A stretch of DNA of 63,114 nucleotides, the filler included, from Lophium mytilinum (Eukaryota), in the NCBI GenBank assembly GCA_010093605.1. It is 6 parts of 3 records of this genome, joined end to end, with 100 filler letters (N's around TTAATTAATTAA, not from the genome) between each part and the next. Parts side by side here need not be neighbours in the genome. Positions count along the whole stretch, not along the records: positions 38,818 to 41,384 come from MU004187.1; positions 41,485 to 50,503 come from MU004188.1; positions 50,604 to 61,013 come from MU004188.1; 3 more parts are not named here. One strand, 5' to 3'. This document shows, piece by piece, positions 38,818-52,100 of the stretch. Numbering within the stretch: position 1 is the stretch's first letter; each line of letters opens with the position of its first letter. A program made the translations under genes and the position numbers. A model generated the notes under the pieces. It had not been told where the DNA came from. It made no database searches and was given only the letters and a program-made list of their open reading frames with translations.

Positions 38818-41384
38818 TCTATTAGCTATTTAGATATAAATATAAGGTTAATTATAGTCTACTATATTTCTCTTGCCTATATTTCTATACCCTTCTCTAT
38901 AGCTAGAGTTAGGCCTGCTTCTATTATAATGTAAATAAGCTCCTTAGCTTACTCTTCTACACTAATTACCCGTATTTCTTTCTAGAATAGGTAGTATAGG
39001 TTTATATCGCCTATAAGTATATACTCTACCTTCTTATATAGTATAGGGGGTAGCGTAGCTATAATTCTATATAGCTTTAGGTTATAGATATTATAAATTT
39101 AAATATCCTCTCCCCCGGCCTAGAGGGAGAGAGTAATAAGATCTAGTAAGTAGTACTCTATAGTCTATTAGCCTAGGTTTAGGTACTTATTAATATACAT
39201 GCATATTCTAGCTTTTAGACTTCCTCCGTGCAGTAGGTAGTATAATTTTGTGTATAGTAAGGTGTATTTCTAGGTATTCTTCTATAGTTCTTATATAGCT
39301 AGCACTAATAGCTAGAGCTAGGCCGCCTCTACCTTCTTAAGAAACTCCCTTTAGGTCTCTTGGCTCTTATTAATATTATACTATATAATAGTAAGTATAT
39401 TAGGTTGCCCTAATATTAGGTATCTATAGAGTCTTTAGGGTTATTTATTATAGCCTAGCTAGCCTTAGCATAGAGCTAATAGCTTACTACCTCTTCTTTC
39501 TAGGTAGACGGCACCTAAGTTACATTAAATTATAATAGTCTAGCGTTATTGCTATAGGTTATTATCTAAGAGTAGTATAGCGTTTTATAGATAGGCTGCG
39601 GGGTTCTATAGAAAGGCTGCGGGCTATTATAGTAAGGCTGCAGGTTATTATAGTTAGGCTACTGCGTTAAATAGAAAGTATATATTAATTAGGTAGTCTA
39701 TATAGCATAGGCAGACTATAGTACTCTATTTATCTTTAGTTATTTTAGGTTCTTATACGCGGTAAATATAGCGGATATAGAGGGGCATTCTACTCTTCTT
39801 AGGGTGCTGCTATCTAGTGTATTACTATTCTTAGTAGCCTTTCTCTTTCTACTTACCGCGTTAAGAGCTTATAATTCTATTATAGATTAGAATATTACTA
39901 TGCCCGGCGTATTATTAGTGTTATTATTAGGGCTATTATTAGCCCTATAGTGGGTTAGTACTGCCTACCTCTTTATATTAGCTTTTAGTTAAGTATTCTT
40001 TTTTATAGTGCACGCTGCACTGTATAATAGATAGCTTCTCTTATAGTTAGCGCACTTTCTAATACTTTTCTCCGTGCATTATCTTATATTATAAGCTCCT
40101 GCGCACGCTGCGTATACCGCCTCCTTCTTATAGTATCTAGTAACGTGCCTATAGCCCTAGTATTAGAAGTATTAAATAGCTATAAAGCCTACCTTATACT
40201 TTATAGCCTCTAGTATATATCTATTCTATGCTAGCCCGCTATCTATAATCTTATTTACTATTACCTCCGTACCTATAGTAACTATAGCTAATAAGGCGCG
40301 CTGTTTAGGGTTATTTCTAATAGCCTAGATCTAATTTAGGTGCTTCCATATAATCTTATATATAGCTAGGCCTAGGTATAGTACCTTATTATCTTATATA
40401 ATACTGCTTTATAGTATTAGGTCCTCTAGGTCCGTCTCTTTAGGTACTCCGTACACCTCTAGAAGGACCTTAGGTAGTTAAATTTATACTATTTTATCTA
40501 GAACCTTTATCTATTTCTTCTTTTTTAATAGGGCTTCCTTAGTAGTTACGTCTAGCATGTAGGCCTTTACGTCTCCGCTCTAGAGCTTTCTAACGCCGTA
40601 GATCTTTATTATATTAGGCTCTTCTACCGCTTAGAGCTTATAGGTAATAGTTGCGTTTAAGTTCTTATTTATTGCGGCGCGTTTCTTCTTATCCTTAATA
40701 TATATAGTAATTTTATAGATAGTCTATATTATATACTCCCTATTTTCTGCAGTCTTACTATTTCTTCCTGCTGCTATTACCGCTGCGTAGGTTATTCCTT
40801 ATATAAATAGCGCCTATACGCCCTTCTATATTTCCTCTATTATCTTTATTGTCTTTCTCTATGGCGTTTATTATAGGTCCTCCGCAGTACCTAAGAGGCT
40901 AGCTAGTATACGCCCGGCGAAGTTCTAGAGGTGCTTAAGGGCGTTATTTATCTTAGGGTTAGAGAATATAGGCTTATTCTATAGAGAGTTCTATATACTA
41001 TAGGCTTCTTTAATAAGCGCTTAGACATTAGCGTAAATATTCTACTTAGTCTTTAGTTAGTAGGTTTAGTTTTAGGGTTGTTATTAGTGTTATTAGTAGT
41101 AGTGTTATTATTATTATTATTATTAATAATGCTGCACAATAGGGGTTGCGATATATAATTCTACTATAATACCGCCAGCATAGCTTATAGAGCTCTAATA
41201 CTGCGTGTAAATATTTATAGGGCCTTAAGTAGCCCCTAGGGGCCCTTCTTAGGTTGTATTTCTAAGGTGCTGCAAATTTAATTACATTATATCCTTAGTA
41301 AAGAGTTATATAGCTTAAAAAACTCTACTATTTAATAATTAGTAATAATTAGCCTCTACCTTAATATTTATCTATACCTATTAG
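38818..41384 (-). mobile_element. 5' half of a Tad1-like LINE (ORF1 plus the APE endonuclease of ORF2), bounded by gaps
   Basis: ORF1 triple zinc knuckle QCFQCQGYGHVARYC..EAVCAACAGAH.TRQC....RKCANCKGSH (~40030-40178). ORF2 start QYNVNKS...LAVQEPW (~39283-39385), IHNIYNP and GDMNLHHPFW (~38983-39100). RT is not in the assembled sequence. Confidence 0.92.
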
Positions 41385-41484
41385 NNNNNNNNNNNNNNNN
41401 NNNNNNNNNNNNNNNNNNNNNNNNNNNNTTAATTAATTAANNNNNNNNNNNNNNNNNNNNNNNNNNNNNNNNNNNNNNNNNNNN

Positions 41485-44400
41485 CTTATTAGGGTAGTTG
41501 GTCTAGATAATAACCTTCTCTATACGCTTAATAATATTATTAGCTAAATAGTATAGTAGTGTAGCTACTTTAGGGGCATTATAAATAAAAAGGGCGATAA
41601 TATAATAAAAGGGTGCGGACTTTACTTTAAAGTCTTTCTAATTAGGGTTAGTTTAGATATTCTTATTCCGGGCAATTTACTTTATTATGCCTTATAAAAC
41701 GTCTATTTCCTTTAACTAGTAACCGCTATTATTCTTAAGAGGGATAATTTTTAGGCCGTTCTTAATCTTATTGCCCTCTAAATCTAAGACCTTCTCTTAC
41801 GGATATACTATTATAGCGCGCTTAAAGTAGACTAAAAATAGCGTAGTACTTATAAGGTTAAGAGTACGTATAGAGCATGCATTAAATATATAGGTACGCT
41901 AGCCTACGCAGTTCTTAGTAGAAACTATTAATAACTTAAGGTAGCTTAGTAATTTATTAGTATAGATAATATGGCCTAGTTTTATAGGCTATAGCTTAAT
42001 TACTTACGTAACTAACCGCGGAAGTAATCCTCTAATTTAGGTAGTAGAATTAGTAGAATTATTTGGGTATATAGAAGGGTATAAGTAAGTAATTATATAC
42101 TTGCTAAAAATTAAGCGCAAATAAAGCCCCTGTATAATTCTAGAGAAATATTAGAAAATTAAAGTAAATAAGAGGAGAGATAAGGGCCCTAGCTAGAAGC
42201 CTTTCTACTAGGGCCCTTTATGTAATAACTTACGGGTTAAAGGAAGGTAGAATAAAATTTTTAAAAGCCTTGCGTGTATACTAGAAAATTACACCTAAAT
42301 AGTTGTTAGGAAGCTTAAATAGATTATTAGTACCCGGAATAAACTTGGCTTTACCGGGTATTAAGCGGTACGTGCGGAATTATAGATACTTATCTTTTAG
42401 TTCTATAAAAGATATATAAGCAGGTATATTAGTAATGCCTATATATAGCGGGGTTCTACTATAGAGTATAGTAAAGTCTAAGTAAAGCTATAACGCGGTT
42501 AGGTAGAGGTTTACTTAGTTACTTTTAATAAGCTAGCACTTATTTATAAATTGGACATTAAAACAGCTACTTAAAAAACTAGGCTAGGTAGAGCTTAGGC
42601 GATATTTAACCTAGTTCTTTAGCTTAGTAAGATTATTATTACTATACTACTTTAATGCGGGCTAGGGACCGTGCCGACTAGCTATTACCTAATAGCTGGC
42701 GATTATAATACTCTTAGCATTTACCTTATTTTTAGTATTAAATAAGGGATGGTCCCTAGTTAAGGTATTATATAGAAACGTGGCGCTATAGAAAGCAACT
42801 TAGCCCTTTAATAAATAGATATAGAGCTTAAGTTTAGAACTAAACTTTATAAGTTTATTTGCTGTTTAGTATACTAAAACGGGAGGCATAAGAAAAAGAA
42901 AGGGCTTTGCCGGCCCGGGGTCTTTCTTATCCGCAACTTTGCGCTGGCGCTTAGTAATAAGCTATAATTAAATTAGTAGATGCTAAGAGAAACTATTAGG
43001 GGGGTAGTAGGAAGGCTTTCTATTAATACTCTTTAAAGAGAAATTACTTATATATCTAATAAGGGTAGCTATTAAAAATATCTTTCTAATGCTAACCTTA
43101 TCTACAATTAAAGCCCTACTAAGAAAGCCTTTCTATATAATATAGTATATATAGTAAGCCCCGGTAATCTACTACTACCTTAAGTAAATATTACTATTTA
43201 TTATAATAAGGCGGGGTTCCCGATAGTTATAAATATGTAGGGCCTTTATTACTTCTTTTAGGTTATCTAGCTAATAGGCTTTATTAGTTATTAGAAGGTG
43301 GAGTGTACTCTATGTTATAAGATCTGCCGCAGTTAGTATAGTAAAGGGGATAATATTCTTTACATTAATAGCGGTAGCCCTTATATTAGCCTCTATATCT
43401 TAGGCATATTTAATACTATCTAGATTAGCGTACTTATTCTTATTAAGATCTGCAGCGCGCATATTTAGGTGCTGTTTAACGGCATATATAAAATCTTCTA
43501 CTATCTTTCTAATTACCTAATATGCGTTGTATTAAAACTTTAATAAGTTCTAGTTAATTATTGCTCTAGTGCGCTTAGTATATATAATTACTAACTTAAG
43601 CTCCTATTTTATGGTGCCGGTAATATACTTAGTGCTAGTAATATTAATATTACCTTTCTTCTTATTAACTAGGTTTATAGTAATTTCCTCTTTAGATAAC
43701 CCCTAGATAGGGTTATCTGCGTTAACCTCTATATTAATGGCCGCGAGTTCCTCCTTAGTAAAATAAGAGGGCGACTGCCAACGGGGAGGCCTAGAAGGGC
43801 CTTAACGGGAAGGCTTTCTATTAATATTCTTACTACTATAAGTAATAGTTTTAGCCGGGGTCTTAGGTGCCGGTGCTAGACTAAGCTTTATTTTTTAAAG
43901 AATATTCTATATCTTAATTTAGTTCTTAGTATAGGTAGTTCTACTAGCTTAAGACGGGCCACTCTTAAATTCTATATTTTTCTTTAATTTAAAGAAGATT
44001 CTAAGCGCTTTATTATTAGTAATATTAGCGCGGTTATATAAAAACCTACTAAACCGCTTCTAGTAGTAATTAAAGTATTAACTAATAAATTAAGCTACCT
44101 AATCTACGGGTTTATAGTTATCTATCTTAGGCTAAGGAGTAGTATATTGCTGTAGATTATGCAACTTACTAGTCTTAAAAGCGTTTAGGATAGTAGTAAA
44201 ACTAGCCCCTTAATTCTAACTATATATAGCGCGCTTTAGGTCTAAATACCCTTTCTTATACTTATTCTAAATTGCTTAGAAATTAGGCTTAGCTAGAATT
44301 GCTTTAAGTTCTACTTTTATTTAACTATAAAGCTTAGCTAACTTTATTCTGCTAGTATATAGCGTGTTTACTAAGGCCTATAACTTCTCTAACTCTTTAT

Positions 44401-45200
44401 CTCTTCTACTACTAGTAACTAGCGCTTAAATCTTCTCTTACTTTTTATTAGAGTTCTTAGGGACATTAGAGTTGTTACTATAGTTATTACTATCTAGATA
44501 AACTACTTTGCTATTTACTAATGCGAGTGTCTCCGGATCTATTGCAGTAGCCGGCTAATTGCGCTTTAAATTGACATGGGCATTAACCCTTAATTTAGTA
44601 ACTAGTAGGGAGGTAGAATTTAGATCTTCTAGCACTTTAGAAGAAGTGGACTATTTCTTATAGCTATCTACTAGGTTAGTTGTAGGTAATATGCGCAGGG
44701 ATGCAACCTTTACTACTGCTTTACTAGGGTCCCTATTACTTAAGGTATTTATAGCTAGCCTATTAATGTATTAGCTTATCTTAAATAATAGAAGAAAGGA
44801 GGCAGGCAAAGGGCCCTAGTAGGAAGGCTTTCTACTAAGACCCTTTACACTATGCCGGGTATTTTTAGTATTATTATTTTCTTAACATTTTCTGCCGCCG
44901 CATCTTTAAAATTAAGGTAGACTAATCTACTAAGACTAGTAAAGGGCCCTAGTAGAAAGCCTTTCTATAATAATTCTTATAATACGCTTACCTTACTCTA
45001 CTCTTAGAGAAATTGCGATAGAATAAACCTATTAGCAGAATTAGCTATAATATAACTTAATTTTACCTACTAGATAGTAAACTTACTAAAAGGCTTAACC
45101 GCTAGCTAAAAACACGCCTAAAATAAGCTAATTACGGCTCTAACGTAGCTAGAAAGCTGCTAACTATCGTCTAGTAAGTAAGAAACTAGCGCGCAACTAT
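41485..45200 (-). pseudogene. SNF2-family helicase relic, copy B (N-terminal and ATPase part)
   Basis: LKWWQITG (Q-motif-like, ~43162-43185), GGALI(V/A)DEVGIGK motif I (43082-43120), intron 42983-43051, KPFLFLMPP.LV.Q.ANEL motif Ia (~42852-42908), IIIASYQ, DECQ, SGTP. Confidence 0.9.
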
Positions 45201-45539
45201 TCCGCAGGTAGCTAGATAAGTGGAAGTAATAGGGGTGCGGTAGTATAGAAGGAGAGGTTAGTATAGGAGTAAGAAAGTTAAAGCTGCTAGGCGGTGGATA
45301 AGTTTATAGGCGGCCGGGCTAATAGCCGCCGGCCGCTAAGACGCTAAGCCTTTAACGGTAAACTACTTAAGTTAACTCTTAAGGTTAATGTAATAGCTAT
45401 ATATTATATAAGGTTAAAATATTACGGGTGTAAATATATTAGTGTTTTACTTAATTTTACTAATATATAAATATTTGCGGTTAATCTATAATACTATACT
45501 ACGTATTACCTAGTTCTAGTAATACAGCACTACGCTAAG

Positions 45540-48500
45540 ATAGGTTAATAGAATATTGCGTGTTATTATATAACTATTTGCCTATAGTATAAGGGTCTTA
45601 CTAGAAAGCCTTCCTGCTAGGGCCCTTTACTACTTATATTAAGCATGCCTATTATTGCCTCTCTTCTTATATATATTACTGCTATGCACCTACTAGATAA
45701 GTATTTACGTACTATATAAAAGCCTAGCTAGAAGCCTTTCTACTAACGCCCTTTATATCTTATACTAATTACTTTACTATCTTCCTTATTAATAATTCTT
45801 CTTTATAACGCTGCCCCTGCTAGTCTACCTATTAATACTTAAATCTATATGCTCCTTAGAACTCTTCTACTTAAGCCTTATTTTTCTAGGCCTCTTACCC
45901 TAAGTCCTCTAAGTCCTCTATTTCTAAGCTATAGTTACCTAAACTCTCTTTATACTTATACTCTTTATCTAATAACTAACTACTTATATCCCCCTCTTAC
46001 TTCTTCTATATTACTAAATAATTCTAGAATTCTTTAATTATTAGAATTCTGCCTAAATAAGCCCTTGGGCTATTTAGTATATAGTGCTTAAACCTAAGCT
46101 AGATATATTTTAAATTAACTTAACCCCTAGGGCCTATAATGTTATCCTCTATTATTATTATCTTTAACTTTCCTAGGCTTCCCTAGGTTATATTCTATAC
46201 TTCCTTTGCAACTACGTCTATACTAAGGTTAACTGCCCCCCCTTAAGCCTGTTCTTTAATATATTAGCTTAGTTGGGCTACCTTATAGTAGTAGCTATTT
46301 AGTAGTCGTATATAGATCTACTATATATTTATAATTGCATCTCTTTCCCTAATATTATCTTATGTATCTTTAGAGTTATTTTATTTAGCTTAACGCGTAG
46401 TTAAAATTTTATTGTTGTTGTATCTTAGAAGAACCTAGAGTAATAAGGCGGCTCTTACTTATAGATTATTAAGGAATTATTCTACTGTTTTTAGTGACGC
46501 TTTGTTTCTAATTATTATATTTAATCTTTATAATTTTATGTAGAAGGGACTATTGTTCTATTTTTAAGTTTCTGCAGCTAGATCCGTAATATTAAATAGC
46601 GGCTAGACTTAATTAATCTAGCGTCTAGTTAAGTGCCTTAGATAATTTATATTACTATTTCTAGCTATATTTTATATATAGGCGTAGCTTACTATAAGTT
46701 CTAACTTTCTATATAGCTTTATAAGTATGTTAGAATAAAGCGTAACTATAGATCTATTTAGAATACTCTTAAGAAATTAGTTGCGTAGTTCTTTACTCTC
46801 CTATTATATTTTAGTATTTCTATCTTCTCCTATATACTGTCTGCTTAGAAGCTTGTATATATTAGTATAGTATGCCTTAATAATAAGCGTAGCTGCCTTA
46901 CCTATCTATAGCGGTGCTAATTGCTAATCTTTTTACACTTTAGTTCTATTTTTGCGTTAAATAGCTAGCGTATACTATGCTGTAATACTATACTATAGAT
47001 ACTGCATCTCTATATCCTCCCTAGTAAGAGATACCTAGATCTAAGCTTTAGTAAACATAGCTTGGAATTAATTTCTAAGGCCGGCTTGCAGTTAATTAAC
47101 GCCTTAAGGGCTAAGTTGTGGGGGCGTTGTTATCTAATCTAAGTACTCTAACTTTAGCTAAGCTATGCTATACTTCTTAAGGAAGTCTAATAATCTAAGG
47201 CTATATAAGGTTATAGGATTCCGGGGGTCTTTTTAATTTATCTACTCTTTTTTCTATAGTACAGATAATTAAGTAGGATTACTACATCTAGTAGTAATTT
47301 ATGCAAGGCGGATATAAAGAAATGCTAAATAACTATTTACTAGCTATTTATCTAGTATTACTATATGCCTAGCATTACGCCCGGGGGTAACCTAAAGAGA
47401 TAGTACCTAGAAAAGAAATACCTAGTAATTAAGGTTTANNNNNNNNNNNNNNNNNNNNNNNNNNNNNNNNNNNNNNNNNNNNNNNNNNNNNNNNNNNNNN
47501 NNNNNNNNNNNNNNNNNNNNNNNNNNNNNNNNNNNNNNNNNNNNNNNNNNNNNNNNNNNNNNNNNNNNNNNNNNNNNNNNNNNNNNNNNNNNNNNNNNNN
47601 NNNNNNNNNNNNNNNNNNNNNNNNNNNNNNNNNNNNNNNNNNNNNNNNNNNNNNNNNNNNNNNNNNNNNNNNNNNNNNNNNNNNNNNNNNNNNNNNNNNN
47701 NNNNNNNNNNNNNNNNNNNNNNNNNNNNNNNNNNNNNNNNNNNNNNNNNNNNNNNNNNNNNNNNNNNNNNNNNNNNNNNNNNNNNNNNNNNNNNNNNNNN
47801 NNNNNNNNNNNNNNNNNNNNNNNNNNNNNNNNNNNNNNNNNNNNNNNNNNNNNNNNNNNNNNNNNNNNNNNNNNNNNNNNNNNNNNNNAGATAACGCGCC
47901 CTAGGTAAGATAGTAGGGGTATAATATTATATAAATCTTTTCTTTTCTACTATTATAGAAGTAAGTGGCCTAGTAGTTATTATAGCTAGTTTTACATAGA
48001 AGGGTAACCCCGGTATCTAGCTAATTAGTAGTTAGAACATTTTTATATCTATAGTTAATCTATATTCCCTTATCTAGTATATTAATTAGGTTTTTATTAA
48101 AAGTAGTAGTTAAAGTATATAGTAGCTAATCCCTGCTTTAAATTATACTTAAGAACTTATATACTATTTTTAGATTATAATCTAAGACTACTAGGAATAC
48201 TTCTTTAAATAAATCTTTAGGTATAGTGTCTATTCCTATAAAGTTTTCTGCGTTATAAAGAACTTAGTTCTAGAATTCTTAGAGTTAATACTATAGAATT
48301 ATATACTTAGTATTAATATAAGAGTCTCTAGATAATATTATATATTTTTCTTTCTTAACACTTACTTTACCCTATATAATATTAAAACTGTATAGTATAT
48401 ACTACTACTTATTAGGTATTAGAGTATGCTTTACTGCAGGTAAGATAATATTATTAAGCTAAGCTACTTGCATTATATCTAGTAGATGTAAAGTGTTGCC

Positions 48501-50928
48501 CTTCTACTTATTTAGTGTTGGCATCTAGGGGAAAAATACGTAAGTTTTAAATTAATGCTTATATCTATACTCTATGCAAAGCTGCTTTATTATATAGAGC
48601 TTATAGCCGCGTATTATAATGCGTTAGTTTTAAGTAATGCTTTAAAGAAAGGATAGTTATAGAGATAGTAAGAAGTATAAATTATAGGCCGCTAAAGTAG
48701 AGATGCTAATAATAACGCTATTAATATTATACACTTGCCGGATTTTAATCTCTTTATTTACTATAAAGCTAGCTTCGGACCTTATAAAACTAAGCCTTAG
48801 AGTTTCTATCTTACTAGTTTCTCCGCTTAATATTAATTTCTATAGGACATTATTAAAGTTATTAGGATTATCCTCTCTCTATAATAGCTCTAGTTGGCTT
48901 ATTAAATAGAAGGCTGTATTAGCTGTAATAGGCTCTTATTAGGAGGGAAGGTTCTAAGCTAGAAGAAAGCTAGTAACTTAGCTAAGGGATCTACTCTAAG
49001 GAACTATTATATAGTTACTTGCTATATTATAATATTAGCTACTATATTATCTAAATAGAAAGAGTTAAGATATATAGTAAGTATACTAGACTTCTAACGC
49101 TAATTAGATTATACTTACTGCATGTAGAGTATTTACTAATAGATTATTATGCCTATATATATTAGCTTTATATAAACTATAGGGCTTATAATACTTACCT
49201 ATTAGGGTCTATCTTATCTATAACTTTGTCTATAATCTTACTGTTGCCTTTACTATTTAAGGCTGTATTATCTACCCTACTGCCTTAATTCTCTAGCGTA
49301 ACTTTATTAAGTAAACCCGGTAATTTATCTATAGTATCTTGCTATCCTTACATATATATACCTTCTCTACCCTCTTTAACTTTATTATCTAATACCTTAT
49401 CTACATCTGCACCTGCTTCTACCTTATTCTTAAGTTGGGTAAATTCCTCTTCTATAACCTTAGTTACTAGCGTTAGGTAGAGAGATAATAAGGCAGCGTA
49501 CTACTCTATCTAAACCTAACTGTTATTATGCGCTAGTCGCATAAACCGACTTATATTAGCTAGCATTTCCTTCTTATCTATTTATTCTATAGCGTTTATT
49601 CTAGAGAGCACTTCTACGGCCTTATTTTATTGCGCTAAGAATAATTCCGCTGTAATCTCTTTATTAGTTATTTATGTAAGTACATAGAGCAGTAATATAG
49701 TAATAAGGGCTAGTATTTAGCGTTATATTATTAGTTCTAGTTGTGCAGAAGTAGGAGCCGCTATAGTTTATTAAGCGTGTAAACTCGCGCGTAGTATTAT
49801 AGCTATCTATAGAGTATTCTAGAGGGTAAGGATAGTATATACGCCTGTATATATATATAGTGTAGCTATAGGTTTAAGAAACGCTTTATAGAGATAGTAT
49901 ATAGCGGGTAGAACCTAGCCTAGAGCTCTATTATTATTATTTGCGGCTTGCTAAGATATTTCTATACTAGAAGGTAGTAATAGAGAGGGCAACACCTCTC
50001 TAGTATCTAGAGGCGGTAGTAATATAGGTATATAAGGAGACAACGCGGAAGATGCAGGTAATAGTAACTCTAATACTGCCTCTTTTACTTCTTTATCTGC
50101 TTAGGCTACTTCTTTATTTACTTTACTTTCTTTAGCCGCTTCTTCTTCTTCTTTAACTGCTACTCCCTTAATAGTCTATATAATAGTATACTTACTACTA
50201 TTACTCTAATTTTACTCTATAGCTTCTATTAATTCTATATTGCTTTAAATTTTAGGTATATATTAGGCCGCTCTTAACTTACTAGAGCGTATACTACTAC
50301 TAGTAGACTGCTAGGTATAAGAAAGTTATATTAGTTAAGTAGGTTAAGAGGTTAGAGAAGCGAGAGAATAAGTACTACTATAAGTAGCCCGCCCTAGAGT
50401 AGAATATTAGGTGGGTTTAGTAGATAGAGGAGGAGCGGTAGAATAGATACTACTATAGGTAGACTGCTATAGAGAAGTATATTATATAGGTTGCGTAGGT
50501 TAGNNNNNNNNNNNNNNNNNNNNNNNNNNNNNNNNNNNNNNNNNNNNTTAATTAATTAANNNNNNNNNNNNNNNNNNNNNNNNNNNNNNNNNNNNNNNNN
50601 NNNTAAAAGATATACTAATTATAAGTTATATAATAGTTTTCTCTAAAGGCTTCTAAGGTGCAATTAGTTGTTAAAAGGGCGTGGGCGCAGGGCGGGTAGA
50701 ATAAGGGGCCCTAATATTTATACTAGAAAGACCTCTAGGGTTTTTAAAGATAATTAGAAACGGATCTAGGATAGAAGTAGAAGTAGGCTTACTAGCCTCT
50801 TCTGCTGCAGCTATTTAGTCTACAGCCCTCTTCTTTTTATTTCTCTTGCGTTGGTTTAAATCCACTATTAAATGTAATTTAGCTGCTTTTTACTCTTCTT
50901 TATTCTAGTACTTTCGGGGGCGTCCTAT
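45540..50928 (-). pseudogene. Long (~1500 aa or more) unknown-function gene with an N-terminal AT-hook
   Basis: ATA (probable ATG) at 50928-50926, then GRPRKY.NKEE.KAAK (GRPRK 50925-50911). Acidic/Pro-rich linker ~49950-50250. Plain intron GTAAGT..GCTAAT..TAG ~49153-49198. Globular core YVFFP.MP...WLDDIVLPAVK...QH.PHSF (~48385-48545). Joining across two gaps is inferred. Confidence 0.6.
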
Positions 50929-51499
50929 ACTAACTACTAGGTATAGTAGTAAGGGGGATAATAGTTTAGAATATAGAGCTAAGGAGCAGAAAGCGGTTAG
51001 GGAGTGTAATTAGTTAAAAATAAGAATTTATTAATATTCTTGTTATAGAGCTTACCCTGCCTAACCTATTTTAATATCCCTTACGGATACAGCCACTCGG
51101 TTAAGGTTGCTAGGGAAGGGCCCTAGTAGGAAGGCTTCCTGCAGTAGCCCTATTAATTACTTTATCTATAAATATTATATAAACTATATTCTACCCTTTA
51201 CTTTATATATTTTATTTAATGCGGCTGAAATTTCTATTATATAAAAATACTATCTAGCAGCAACCTGTGCTAAGGCAAGGCTATTATAACGCGAAACTCT
51301 TTCTATTATATCTATTACCCTCTATAGGTACCTACTACTAGGACTTCGCCTTTTCTATAATGCTTTAAATTTAATTGCATATACTATATATAGTATTATA
51401 GCTCTATTATAGTATTTTAATATCTAGAAGTTATTATATATAGCGGTAGAAGGCTGCTTAATTATAGGGCTATACTCTACGCTGCTAGCCGCCCTCTTT

Positions 51500-52100
51500 T
51501 CTTACCCTCTATACCTACCTAGAGCTATAACTATAGCCTATAAAATATTTCTAAATTGCTAGAATACTATTATATTACATAATAAGTAATTTTCCTTATA
51601 AATATCTTTAACCTTATATTATAGTAGTTCTATGCAGCGCTAGTTAAGGTCTTTATTAAGTGTAAGGCTAGCATTACGCTAAACTCTTTAAGTAACTTCT
51701 ATTATTTAGAATCTTACCTCTGTATATAACTACTACTACTACTATAGCCTGCATATTAATTCTAAGTTAATAGATTGCTATTACATTACATATTATATAT
51801 AATCCTTTATATATTTCTTCTATACTATATTATAGTAGTTGCATGCAGTAGTAGTTATACTAATTCTTAAGCGCGAGGCTGTTCTTATGCTAAACCCTTT
51901 AAGTAATTTCTATTCTATGCCTGCGCACCCTGCGGCCTCTCTATACCTACCTTAAGCTACTACCACGGCTTGTAAATTAAATTAAAGTTAATAGAACGCT
52001 ATTACATTGCGTTCTAAGTATTATTCTTCGCATGCATACTCTATTTCACGTTGTAGTAGTTAAATGCGGCGGTGCAAGGTTATGCTGCACGCAATTCTTA
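51500..52100 (-). pseudogene. Gene relic with three tandem ~70-74-aa repeats (~211-221-bp DNA period)
   Basis: tt(a/g)tagtagtt anchors at ~51619, ~51830 and ~52051. Minus translations: RRIQLLQREIEYACEEQYLERNVIAFHQLQFDLQAVVVA / CMQLLQ.SIEE..KGLY..CNVIAI.QLRI.MQA.VVV / RCIELLQ..VKDIYKENYLLCN.IVFQQFRNILQA.V.A. Confidence 0.62.

Noticed and set aside
43111..43140. aagccctactaagaaagcctttctatataa resembles the 33-bp palindrome
   Set aside because: It lies in coding sequence (Q(K/E)GFLGGAL before motif I), its spacing is off by one base and the right arm lacks CCC; not counted as a motif copy.
45849..46037. Supplied + strand ORF, 62 aa
   Set aside because: Antisense to an acidic tract of the long minus-strand gene; its ATG is absent in copies A and C.
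48703..48909. Supplied + strand ORF, 68 aa
   Set aside because: Chance antisense frame in RIP-mutated DNA; the ATG is ATA in copy A.
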